From positions 186,001 through 250,000 of the IMG/VR virus record IMGVR_UViG_3300034072_000926: a stretch of 64,000 bases of DNA, one strand, 5' to 3'. Shown here piece after piece: positions 56,244-63,800 of this stretch; position 1 is the first letter of the stretch; every line of letters starts with the position of its first letter. The notes beneath the pieces are model-generated. The model made no database searches. It saw only the letters and a list, made by a program, of their open reading frames with translations, and had not been told where the DNA came from. A program made the translations under genes and the position numbers.

Positions 56244-56545
56244 TAGCACCACCTCATCTTGAAGAGCATTGCTTCCCTGATATCTAGTTCGACCAACACA
56301 TATTCGTAAATAGTGATTGCTCGATGATCAGGGAAGCAAGTCCAAATCCAATCCATAGCCTCCGAAGCCTCCATCACAAGAAAGAAGTTTCGGACGACTT
56401 GCATTGCTTCACGCTGTCCTACTTTTGGTTTGCCCCAAGTCATGTTCTTGACCATCAGGTCAACAGCATGGTTGGATTCATCCTCAGTTAGACCTAAGAC
56501 CATCATCTCAGGAATCTTAGGATCGTAGATAGCGTGAGGCAACAC
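56243..56545 (-). CDS. Small 'FKL-tail' family protein
   Basis: LDIREAMLFKMRWC. Confidence 0.55.
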   Translation of the reverse strand: MLPHAIYDPKIPEMMVLGLTEDESNHAVDLMVKNMTWGKPKVGQREAMQVVRNFFLVMEASEAMDWIWTCFPDHRAITIYEYVLVELDIREAMLFKMRWC

Positions 56546-56548
56546 GGA

Positions 56549-57310
56549 TTAATTGTGGCCCTTCATGCTCAGCATGATCTTGTAGAACTCGTCCTTCAGG
56601 TGAGCATCTTCACGGAACTTGCCACGCATAATTGCAGTGGTCATATCCGATTCGTGCTCGCGAACACCGCGATGCGTCATGCAGTGGTGTTCGGCCTTCA
56701 GGACAACCGCGACGTTTTCAGTCTCGGCGTATTCGACCAGAGCATCAGCAATCTGAGTGGTCATCTCTTCCTGAATCTGAGGACGTTCGCTGATCCAGTG
56801 GACCAGACGATTGAACTTCGACAGGCCAATGACTTTATCCTCAGGGAAGATACCAACCCAGCACTTGCCAACAATATTCTGGAAGTGATGAGCACAAGTG
56901 GAACGGATCGAGATCGGACCTGCGGTGTAGAGATCCTGATAGCCGATGTTGGGGAACGAAGTGATCTTCGGAGCAGCCGAATAACGACCGCCGTAGGTTT
57001 CGTTCACATACATCTTGGCTACGCGACGAGCCGTGCCATTGGTGTTGTGGTCATGATCAGTGTCGATGACCAGGCTGCGGAGAACCGCTTCCATCTTCTC
57101 AGTGACTTCATCGACTAGAAGAGCACGCTCTTCATCGCTGATGAACTTTGAGATGTTGTCGTTGCAATGGAACTGTTGACCAGCTTCAATCAAACGGGCG
57201 CGGATTTGTTCAGATACCGGAATTGGTGTGTCGGTAGCTGTAACCTCTTGCCCGAAAGTGCATTCACAATCGTTAGAGCCGCAGCTCTCGGTAAGTTTGG
57301 TGTCGGACAT
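56549..57310 (-). CDS. folE: GTP cyclohydrolase I
   Basis: TARRVAKMY, STCAHH, GLSKFNR, RPQIQE, HHCM..RGV. Confidence 0.95.
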   Translation of the reverse strand: MSDTKLTESCGSNDCECTFGQEVTATDTPIPVSEQIRARLIEAGQQFHCNDNISKFISDEERALLVDEVTEKMEAVLRSLVIDTDHDHNTNGTARRVAKMYVNETYGGRYSAAPKITSFPNIGYQDLYTAGPISIRSTCAHHFQNIVGKCWVGIFPEDKVIGLSKFNRLVHWISERPQIQEEMTTQIADALVEYAETENVAVVLKAEHHCMTHRGVREHESDMTTAIMRGKFREDAHLKDEFYKIMLSMKGHN

Positions 57311-57338
57311 TATCTGTCTCTCCTTATAGTTGTTCTAT

Positions 57339-57367
57339 ACCATACTTAGAAACTGGCATAGTGTCAA
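57339..57367 (-). promoter_or_regulatory. Sigma70-like promoter of folE
   Basis: TTGACA-N17-TATGGT. Confidence 0.5.
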
Positions 57368-57378
57368 TTTATTAGCTG

Positions 57379-57819
57379 TTAATTGCTCAGCTTTAGCATG
57401 AGCGCACACTTATTTAGAAAAGGTGCGATATCGGCTTCATTCTCGAAGAAAATCTCAAAGAAACCGCTTCCTGTGCCCTTAGAGATCATCGAACCAGTTG
57501 TTGAATCCCAGTCCTTGTCCCTAGAGTAGCTCTTGTCCATCGTCCAGAATCCGGTGCAGTTTTCATCACAATAGCGATGAATATCCTCCATAACGTCATC
57601 AATATCAGCATGGTCATATGAACCAAAGTCAGACACGTTGCTGGTATTAAACTTGATCAGAACCTTATTGCGAAGGAACTTCTGAGCAAGCTCTTGGAAC
57701 TCAGGCTTTACAGCCCAAGTTCTCCAGTTGCGGGGACGTCCATCCTCTTGAGGAACTTCCATCATCCGTGCTTCGATGAAACGCTGGCGACGAATTACTC
57801 CAACAGTTAGGTCGGTCAT
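57379..57819 (-). CDS. Hypothetical protein (divergent FKL-tail-like)
   Basis: YCDENCTGFW...FFENEAD...ALMLKL. Confidence 0.55.
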   Translation of the reverse strand: MTDLTVGVIRRQRFIEARMMEVPQEDGRPRNWRTWAVKPEFQELAQKFLRNKVLIKFNTSNVSDFGSYDHADIDDVMEDIHRYCDENCTGFWTMDKSYSRDKDWDSTTGSMISKGTGSGFFEIFFENEADIAPFLNKCALMLKLSN

Positions 57820-58889
57820 GCGAGCAGCCTATCTAGCATCGGGTTACAGGAGAGATACTTATCAAGCAGCTTCTGCTTTTGCTTGGCCATCTTATCCTGG
57901 AACAGGTGGTAATTCTTAATCACATGCGTGAGAGCCTTGACCATCGGATAACGATGAGCCGTATAGTAGTCCCAGTCTGCTGTCCAATCACTCGGATAGA
58001 GCAAATCGTATTCATACATCTCAGTGTAGGATAGACGGTTAGGCAAGAACGGAATCGCTCCGACCAATACACCTTCCATTGCCGAGATACCTAGGGTTTC
58101 CTGCAAATTAGCGGAGAAGACAACCTTGGCTTCTCCCAACAATTTGTGGTATTCATCCTTTGTGAGCTTCTTGTCCTGACAGACCACAAACTCAACATTC
58201 GGCATTTCCTGTGCGAGGTCACGGAAGATCTCCACTTGCTTCTCAGGAGCAATTCGATGCGGGAACAAGACGAGGTCACGCTTAGGCATACCCTCAAATG
58301 CCCTCAGGCTGTCAACGAGTGCAGAGTGGGGCTGTCCGCTTATCACGCAACGTTCCTCGGCTGTTCCTCTTGCAGGGAGTAATGTGTTGAGAAACAACTC
58401 CTTGTGGAACTCGGTGGCAAAATAGTTGAAGTGACTAGCGTAGAACAGTCCGCGCTCAGTGTTGTAGGTCCAACGCTTGTCCCGAATCAAACGACCGAGG
58501 AAGTCCTGAGGATCATAAGAACCTGCATGCCACATGCTATGGATCTCAACGGGAATCTGCATCAGTTCACTCATATAGCGAACCTGTGTGATACCAGTGT
58601 GCCACGCATCGGTGAACAGAACCTTGTCACCTGCCTTCACGACACCCTTCTGGAAATACTCGACTAGTCGATTGACCTGAGAGTTCTTCCAGATATTGGT
58701 TGCAAAGAAATCCAAGAAGGCACCTTCGGTTGGTGCGCTGCTCGTCTGTTCACCCGCGATATTGTAGACAGTGACATCCTTGCCACGTTCCTGAGCCGTC
58801 TGCTCAATTAGCTTTGGGATACCATCGAACCACTGACCAGTGTATCGGGTTTCCAATGGCTCTAGGGCCATGATAAAAATGTTTGTCAT
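57816..58889 (-). CDS. GT-B fold glycosyltransferase (GT4-like)
   Basis: 'HRIAPEKQ' and the Ex7E motif 'QETLGISAMEG', then 'PNRLSYTEM'. Confidence 0.8.
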   Translation of the reverse strand: MTNIFIMALEPLETRYTGQWFDGIPKLIEQTAQERGKDVTVYNIAGEQTSSAPTEGAFLDFFATNIWKNSQVNRLVEYFQKGVVKAGDKVLFTDAWHTGITQVRYMSELMQIPVEIHSMWHAGSYDPQDFLGRLIRDKRWTYNTERGLFYASHFNYFATEFHKELFLNTLLPARGTAEERCVISGQPHSALVDSLRAFEGMPKRDLVLFPHRIAPEKQVEIFRDLAQEMPNVEFVVCQDKKLTKDEYHKLLGEAKVVFSANLQETLGISAMEGVLVGAIPFLPNRLSYTEMYEYDLLYPSDWTADWDYYTAHRYPMVKALTHVIKNYHLFQDKMAKQKQKLLDKYLSCNPMLDRLLA

Positions 58890-58890
58890 A

Positions 58891-59202
58891 TCAGCACCAA
58901 ATTAGTTTGAACATCAGAGCGTCGTCAAGTTTCTCAAAATACCAGACAACCTCATATTCTCGGTAATAATTGTCAACGTCCCAATCGTATCCACCACCGG
59001 CCATAAAATCAATTATATCCGATTGGTCAGGATCTACGAACTTGACTATCCAAGCCCAACGACCTCTGTCTTCTTCGAAGAGCCACTTCATAGATTCAAC
59101 ATCTGATGACTCGAGTGCCTCTTTGTTGTGATTCATAAGAGCCCGACGTAGATCGTCGTCCATATCATGAAGGGTGTAGGCAACTTGATGATCCCAGAAC
59201 AT
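58891..59202 (-). CDS. Small 'FKL-tail' family protein
   Basis: FEKLDDALMFKLIWC. Confidence 0.6.
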   Translation of the reverse strand: MFWDHQVAYTLHDMDDDLRRALMNHNKEALESSDVESMKWLFEEDRGRWAWIVKFVDPDQSDIIDFMAGGGYDWDVDNYYREYEVVWYFEKLDDALMFKLIWC

Positions 59203-59203
59203 G

Positions 59204-59452
59204 TCACATCCACGTTAGCTTGAACAACATTGCGGAATTATCATCCCAAATGTCGATATAGAATATCAGATAGGTATGTAGGCCCTCTCCTAGATCACGC
59301 TGCTCATGCAAAGCATAATCGTCATACTTGATATTGCGCTGATCCAGCCATTCCTTAACCACTGGATTGAGTCTTAGATCAAAATCAGCCGGGTCATCAG
59401 GATGGGCAAAGTTATGCCAATCGTAGAGAGGTTTACGAAGCTGGAAAATCAC
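59204..59452 (-). CDS. Small 'FKL-tail' family protein
   Basis: VKEWLDQ...DDNSAMLFKLTWM. Confidence 0.6.
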   Translation of the reverse strand: MIFQLRKPLYDWHNFAHPDDPADFDLRLNPVVKEWLDQRNIKYDDYALHEQRDLGEGLHTYLIFYIDIWDDNSAMLFKLTWM

Positions 59453-59820
59453 TTCTTGACCGGATACTCAGCAAAGCTTCCGTTCTCACCGTCTTCGCTC
59501 ACCTCAATAGTGATGTGACGATTAGGGAACTTTGTGGTGATCTCAGCATAGAGTGCATCACTGATCATTTCACAGGACTTATAATCCAGTTCGAGGGTGC
59601 CGTTGCCGTAGAGGCTTTCGAGCCAACGCTTGAACTGAATGAACTCCAGGTCGCGATCATCATGGAACACTTCAATCCAGACCTTGAACTTGAACATATG
59701 ACGATGGTCATAGCCAAGGAACTTCACGTCTGCGAGGTTCGGGTCTGTTAGTGCGGCGGGGTATTTGTGGACACCTTCTTTTGCGAACGTGACCCAAATC
59801 ATCTTAAAGTCTTCTGTCAT
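59449..59820 (-). CDS. QueD/6-pyruvoyl-tetrahydropterin synthase-like T-fold protein
   Basis: H...HRH metal-binding motif, 'SCEM', 'VSEDGENG'; adjacent to folE and queE. Confidence 0.65.
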   Translation of the reverse strand: MTEDFKMIWVTFAKEGVHKYPAALTDPNLADVKFLGYDHRHMFKFKVWIEVFHDDRDLEFIQFKRWLESLYGNGTLELDYKSCEMISDALYAEITTKFPNRHITIEVSEDGENGSFAEYPVKK

Positions 59821-59857
59821 GCTCTCTTTATAGCAAAACAGGTGACAGCGAGCAATA

Positions 59858-60190
59858 TTATCTGGAGAGCTTATTGATCAAGGCAGCGACTAGAAGTCTG
59901 CGATACACTGAGAATCGCTTCAAAGTGGGATTGAGGAAGATACGGATACCCCAATGATAATGGCTGACAATGGGTGCAGCCTTTTGATTCTTCCGCTTTC
60001 TCACACTTTGTCTGTCAACTGGATTATACTCAGACTTTATGACTGGCTCATGAACAATCATGAAGGCGCCGGGAATGAAGCGGTGCATTATAGAGTAGAT
60101 GCGCTTATACTCTTCAAAAGTGGTGTGCATCTTGAGAAATAGGTGATCAGGATGTCTGCCACCCGAATAGTTGGTAATATCTTGAATCAC
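59858..60190 (-). CDS. Hypothetical basic protein
   Basis: Coupled ORF. Confidence 0.5.
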   Translation of the reverse strand: MIQDITNYSGGRHPDHLFLKMHTTFEEYKRIYSIMHRFIPGAFMIVHEPVIKSEYNPVDRQSVRKRKNQKAAPIVSHYHWGIRIFLNPTLKRFSVYRRLLVAALINKLSR

Positions 60191-60396
60191 ATCCAGGTCA
60201 ACTTGAAAAACATTGCATCCTTGGGATTAGGAATCTGAATATACGCTCTTTGATCCATGAAACCCAGACTTAGGTGATATTTGATGCCATTACGATACAA
60301 CCAAGAGTAGAACTGGCCACTCAAGGTTCTTACCTTAGATTCCTTGACCACGATATAGGTATAGTGATCATCTTCTCGCAATTCAAAGGTCGTCAT
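60187..60396 (-). CDS. Small 'FKL-tail' family protein
   Basis: PNPKDAMFFKLTWM. Confidence 0.6.
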   Translation of the reverse strand: MTTFELREDDHYTYIVVKESKVRTLSGQFYSWLYRNGIKYHLSLGFMDQRAYIQIPNPKDAMFFKLTWM

Positions 60397-60629
60397 AGCC
60401 AGGTCATCTTGAACAGTATGGCGTGATTATCATCGGGAAAGTTTAGCTCAACGAGACGGTATGATACCACTCGTCCAGAGAACAGAATGCCTAGGTCGTT
60501 ACACCATTCGGCAACTTCTTCATCTAAGACAGGAAACCAGCTTCCTTCACCTTCTCGATCAATTGTGCATCGAGTCACGAAGCCAGCGTCTTTGTTCTCT
60601 TTGCAATGAGTTTTGACATAGAGCTTCAT
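60393..60629 (-). CDS. Small 'FKL-tail' family protein
   Basis: VAEWCND...FPDDNHAILFKMTWL. Confidence 0.6.
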   Translation of the reverse strand: MKLYVKTHCKENKDAGFVTRCTIDREGEGSWFPVLDEEVAEWCNDLGILFSGRVVSYRLVELNFPDDNHAILFKMTWL

Positions 60630-60976
60630 GCGAGACCCTTAAAACCGAGACGATCGTTAGCGACGCGACGATCAAAATGGCCAAGGAAGATATTCTTGGA
60701 AGGTATATTCCAGGCTAGAACGAAATGTCGAGCAGTCTTGAGATCTTTGAATTTCAAGTAGCTTTCTTTGCGACCCTTGGCTCTGTTCTGATACTTGACC
60801 TCGACAACGTGTTGAGTCTTGGCTACGCCATTGGCTTCTAGCCAGCGTTCCAGGTCGGGATTCATCTCACGTTTCCAACCACTGCCATAGATCCTCATGT
60901 TGTTAGTGGCCTCGGATCCTTGAACCCAACGCCAATGAAACCGACGATCAAGTATGATTGAAATCTCTATATCCAT
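60626..60976 (-). CDS. Small 'FKL-tail' family protein (divergent)
   Basis: LERWLEAN...FKDLKTARHFVLAW. Confidence 0.55.
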   Translation of the reverse strand: MDIEISIILDRRFHWRWVQGSEATNNMRIYGSGWKREMNPDLERWLEANGVAKTQHVVEVKYQNRAKGRKESYLKFKDLKTARHFVLAWNIPSKNIFLGHFDRRVANDRLGFKGLA

Positions 60977-61215
60977 GTCAACTTGAATAGCATCGCGTCT
61001 TTCAAGCTGTCAAAATAGATTGCAGAAACCTTGCTAAATGGAGCCTCGCCATACCAATATTCGAGGTTCTGATCTTTCAGCCATTCCTCAATATCCTCAT
61101 TGAGGCGATAGGTCTTACCGTAATAGGGATCAGCAGAACTCTTCCATCGACTGTCGAGGTGACGATGGCGACCGTCCAACATAACGAGATGTTTGTTTGT
61201 GAACATTATAGCCAC
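60967..61215 (-). CDS. Small 'FKL-tail' family protein
   Basis: IEEWLKDQ...FDSLKDAMLFKLTWI. Confidence 0.6.
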   Translation of the reverse strand: MAIMFTNKHLVMLDGRHRHLDSRWKSSADPYYGKTYRLNEDIEEWLKDQNLEYWYGEAPFSKVSAIYFDSLKDAMLFKLTWI

Positions 61216-61418
61216 CTTAGTTTGAACATAGCGGCCTTCTTACGATCCGTTATGTGTATGATTGCTTTGAAATTGGATAAGAGACTAAAGACGTATTCAG
61301 TCTTCGTGACTACGAGCCAGAGTTTAACATCACGCCGCAAATGTAAAGAAGTCTGCCATTCATTGACTTGCTGAGACTCGATAAACTCTGATCCAAGTTC
61401 GAACAGAGTATCAAGCAT
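61206..61418 (-). CDS. Small 'FKL-tail' family protein
   Basis: Likely start MLDTLF at 61418; TDRKKAAMFKLRWL. Confidence 0.55.
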   Translation of the reverse strand: MLDTLFELGSEFIESQQVNEWQTSLHLRRDVKLWLVVTKTEYVFSLLSNFKAIIHITDRKKAAMFKLRWL

Positions 61419-61989
61419 CCTTAGCCTTCTTCGCGTAGGTATTCCAGATATGCAGATCGAAATCAGCAACACTCATACCCGACGCATCAGCGAGCTTGAG
61501 GAACTCTTTCTCCAATTCAGCATACTTCTTACCACCTGGTGTTCCGACCTGAGTCGTTAGTCCGAGGTCGCGCATGTGACGAATCACATGGGTATCAAGA
61601 CAAGCGATGCGTTGATTGGCACGGGTATGGAGCATGAAATAGCGGGCAGTCTTCGCCCCGGCTCCGTGGATCGCTTCGAGGTCTGCAATCGTGCAGGTCT
61701 TGAGATCAGTGCCGAGACTCTGACTGAATGCCCTAGATAATTTGTTGTATTGACCCAGCTTGGCGTCCTTGATCGAGTCAAGTAACATGCCACATTGTTC
61801 CAAGACAGCAACGACTTGGAAAGGTGTCTGGAAGTTGGGAAACTCTGCTCGACCAGCTGATAGAAAAGCTTCGAGGTGTTTAGCCTGAGTAACCGCTGTC
61901 TTTCCTGCTACACAGAGACAGAATAGCCAGAACTCTTGAAGCTCTGCATCGGTGCGGTCAAACTTTGTGACATCTGTTGGATCAATCAT
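61411..61989 (-). CDS. HhH DNA glycosylase/lyase, archaeal-type Ogg (8-oxoG)-like
   Basis: HhH 'IHGAGAKTARYF' with Lys, 'ACLDTHVIR' with Asp, 'KKYAELE...FDLHIW'. Confidence 0.7.
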   Translation of the reverse strand: MIDPTDVTKFDRTDAELQEFWLFCLCVAGKTAVTQAKHLEAFLSAGRAEFPNFQTPFQVVAVLEQCGMLLDSIKDAKLGQYNKLSRAFSQSLGTDLKTCTIADLEAIHGAGAKTARYFMLHTRANQRIACLDTHVIRHMRDLGLTTQVGTPGGKKYAELEKEFLKLADASGMSVADFDLHIWNTYAKKAKDA

Positions 61990-62023
61990 ACACCCTCATA
62001 GCAGGGAGAATTGCGTTGTGTCA

Positions 62024-62533
62024 CTATCCGATATGTTTCCAAGTTTTCCTTGATTTTACGTTCTTGATTGTAGAAACATTAACCGAGAATTTATCAGCCA
62101 ACTGAACATTCGTTAGATTAGAATTCCTAATAAAACGGATATCATTTTCTTTGAGGACCGAACAACCGTTTCTTTCTCCGATTGCATTCCTACCTCGAGC
62201 AATACAGTCATCAGAATTGTCTTTATGCGTTCCGATAGATAAATGAGATGGTTTCACACATGATGGATTATCACAGGAATGTCGAATGAGCATTCCGATA
62301 GGTATGTTTCCGTTATGTGCTTCGTAAGACAATCGATGAGCAAAGATTTGCTTCCCGTTCAGGATTACAAATCCATAACCTTTTCTATCACGAGAGCCTG
62401 TCCAGATCAAGCAATCGTTGACCTCTTTAGAGTTTAGATCTATTCTACATTTAGGAGAACAGACTTTCTTAGTCGAGTTGCTATTCACTTGCATTTCATT
62501 AGAACATACAAGACATTGGACAGTGTAAGACAT
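62024..62533 (-). CDS. HNH homing endonuclease (HNH_3-type) with N-terminal Zn finger and C-terminal HTH
   Basis: CLIWTG...GYG...AHRLSY...RHSCDNPSCVKPSHL..GT..DN. Visibly more AT-rich than its neighbours. Confidence 0.85.
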   Translation of the reverse strand: MSYTVQCLVCSNEMQVNSNSTKKVCSPKCRIDLNSKEVNDCLIWTGSRDRKGYGFVILNGKQIFAHRLSYEAHNGNIPIGMLIRHSCDNPSCVKPSHLSIGTHKDNSDDCIARGRNAIGERNGCSVLKENDIRFIRNSNLTNVQLADKFSVNVSTIKNVKSRKTWKHIG

Positions 62534-62544
62534 CGATCTTGAGA

Positions 62545-62670
62545 TTGAGGAGGTGGGGGCCACGCAAACCCCCGCAAGCTGCTCTGGAACTACCGTTCCT
62601 GCGCGAAGAAAGGAATCACCTCCTCAAGAGTAAATTGGGCAGCTTGCTTTGTGGGGCACTAGGCCCCACA
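62545..62670. ncRNA. Candidate structured (pseudoknotted) RNA upstream of the HNH gene
   Basis: Interleaved perfect stems 62545-62555/62617-62627 and 62574-62582/62639-62647, plus three hairpins. Confidence 0.4.
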
Positions 62671-62674
62671 CTCA

Positions 62675-63430
62675 TTACTTCTTGCGAGCAGGAAGAATGA
62701 ACTTGTATTCGGCAACACCCGAAGCCATCGTGATCTGCAGAGCGCCACGGCTCGAGAACTGAAGCTTGAGGTTTTCGTCAGCACCCAGCTTGAGGATCTT
62801 CAGCACTGGATCAATGCCCCAGTGAAGATCGCCACCCAGGTCACCCGAGACATCGTCAGCGATGGTTAGGTAAGCGCGGTGCATGGACGAACCTTCGTCG
62901 CCGATGTAGAAGCGCAGCTCGTTCTTGCCTTCTTCGTTCTTGACGGTCTTGACCATGAAGAAGTTTTCGAAGGTGCTATACAGACCTGCAAGAGCCTGCA
63001 GTTCCTTGAGCTTGCTGGCCGAAGGATCAACCTCGACGTCCCAGGTCGTGCCCAGGAACTTAGCCTGGTCAGGAATCAGATCCTTCGACATCAGACGGTA
63101 AGCTGCATTGCTCTTGGTGTTCTTGTTGTTGAACACGATTTCCTCAGGGGTATCAACGCCACCACGATCGCGACGCTTAATGTCGACGGTCACCCCGTCG
63201 CCCTTGTAGAGAGCACTGGTAACCAGACCCTGCAGAAGACCAAGCTGCGACAGACCGAATTCACCCTTGAGGGCTGGTTCGACGGTGGTCAGCTCGCCCT
63301 TGACAATGACAGTGCGATCATTGTCCATAGCTTCGATGATGGTCTTGTCATCAGTGCCGGTGATCTTCACCGTGTCGATGAAGCCAAGGCCACCAGTGTG
63401 CCTTACGATGTCCTGAAATGTTTCACGCAT
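62675..63430 (-). CDS. Probable DNA polymerase sliding clamp (gp45/PCNA-like)
   Basis: About 250 aa alpha/beta protein ending 'YKFILPARKK', near the DNA polymerase. The fold call is an inference. Confidence 0.5.
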   Translation of the reverse strand: MRETFQDIVRHTGGLGFIDTVKITGTDDKTIIEAMDNDRTVIVKGELTTVEPALKGEFGLSQLGLLQGLVTSALYKGDGVTVDIKRRDRGGVDTPEEIVFNNKNTKSNAAYRLMSKDLIPDQAKFLGTTWDVEVDPSASKLKELQALAGLYSTFENFFMVKTVKNEEGKNELRFYIGDEGSSMHRAYLTIADDVSGDLGGDLHWGIDPVLKILKLGADENLKLQFSSRGALQITMASGVAEYKFILPARKK

Positions 63431-63465
63431 TAGGGAGTTTATCCTTCTATTTGGATGTTTAACCT

Positions 63466-63494
63466 AATCTAGCAATTAGGTGAACGAACGTCAA
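63466..63494 (-). promoter_or_regulatory. Sigma70-like promoter
   Basis: TTGACG-N17-TAGATT. Confidence 0.5.
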
Positions 63495-63497
63495 TAA

Positions 63498-63800
63498 TTA
63501 GATCACCCTGACTTCGCATTGTCCACCGAAACGGCCCTGTCCGTCCGTGTAAACCGCAACTTCGTAACCCTCAGAATCGAGAGTCTTTACGAAGTCACAG
63601 AATGCAGTCATCTTGTCAGCTGGGATGATCCAGTTTGCTGCCTTCACATTGTTGTAGGCAATCATATACCCGGCCCAGCTGAGCTCAGGGAATTCAGCGA
63701 ATAGGAGTTCTCCCGTTCGCCGTTCACTTGAGGACAACTCTTCACGCGAAGGTGCCTTAGTGCGATTAATTAGGAGAACTCTATTCATCTTATTCCTCAA
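63498..63800 (-). CDS. Hypothetical protein
   Basis: Coupled to the stop of the polymerase gene. Confidence 0.5.
   Translation of the reverse strand: MRNKMNRVLLINRTKAPSREELSSSERRTGELLFAEFPELSWAGYMIAYNNVKAANWIIPADKMTAFCDFVKTLDSEGYEVAVYTDGQGRFGGQCEVRVI

Noticed and set aside
58891-61418. Diversity-generating retroelement or integron cassette array explaining the FKL paralogues
   Set aside because: No reverse transcriptase, integrase, attC-like spacers or near-identical TR/VR pair; the genes overlap directly.
62024-62670. Group I intron or IS200/IS605 (OMEGA) element around the HNH gene
   Set aside because: The flanking genes are uninterrupted, and I recognise no intron core, transposase or RuvC motifs. 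It is treated as a free-standing homing endonuclease.
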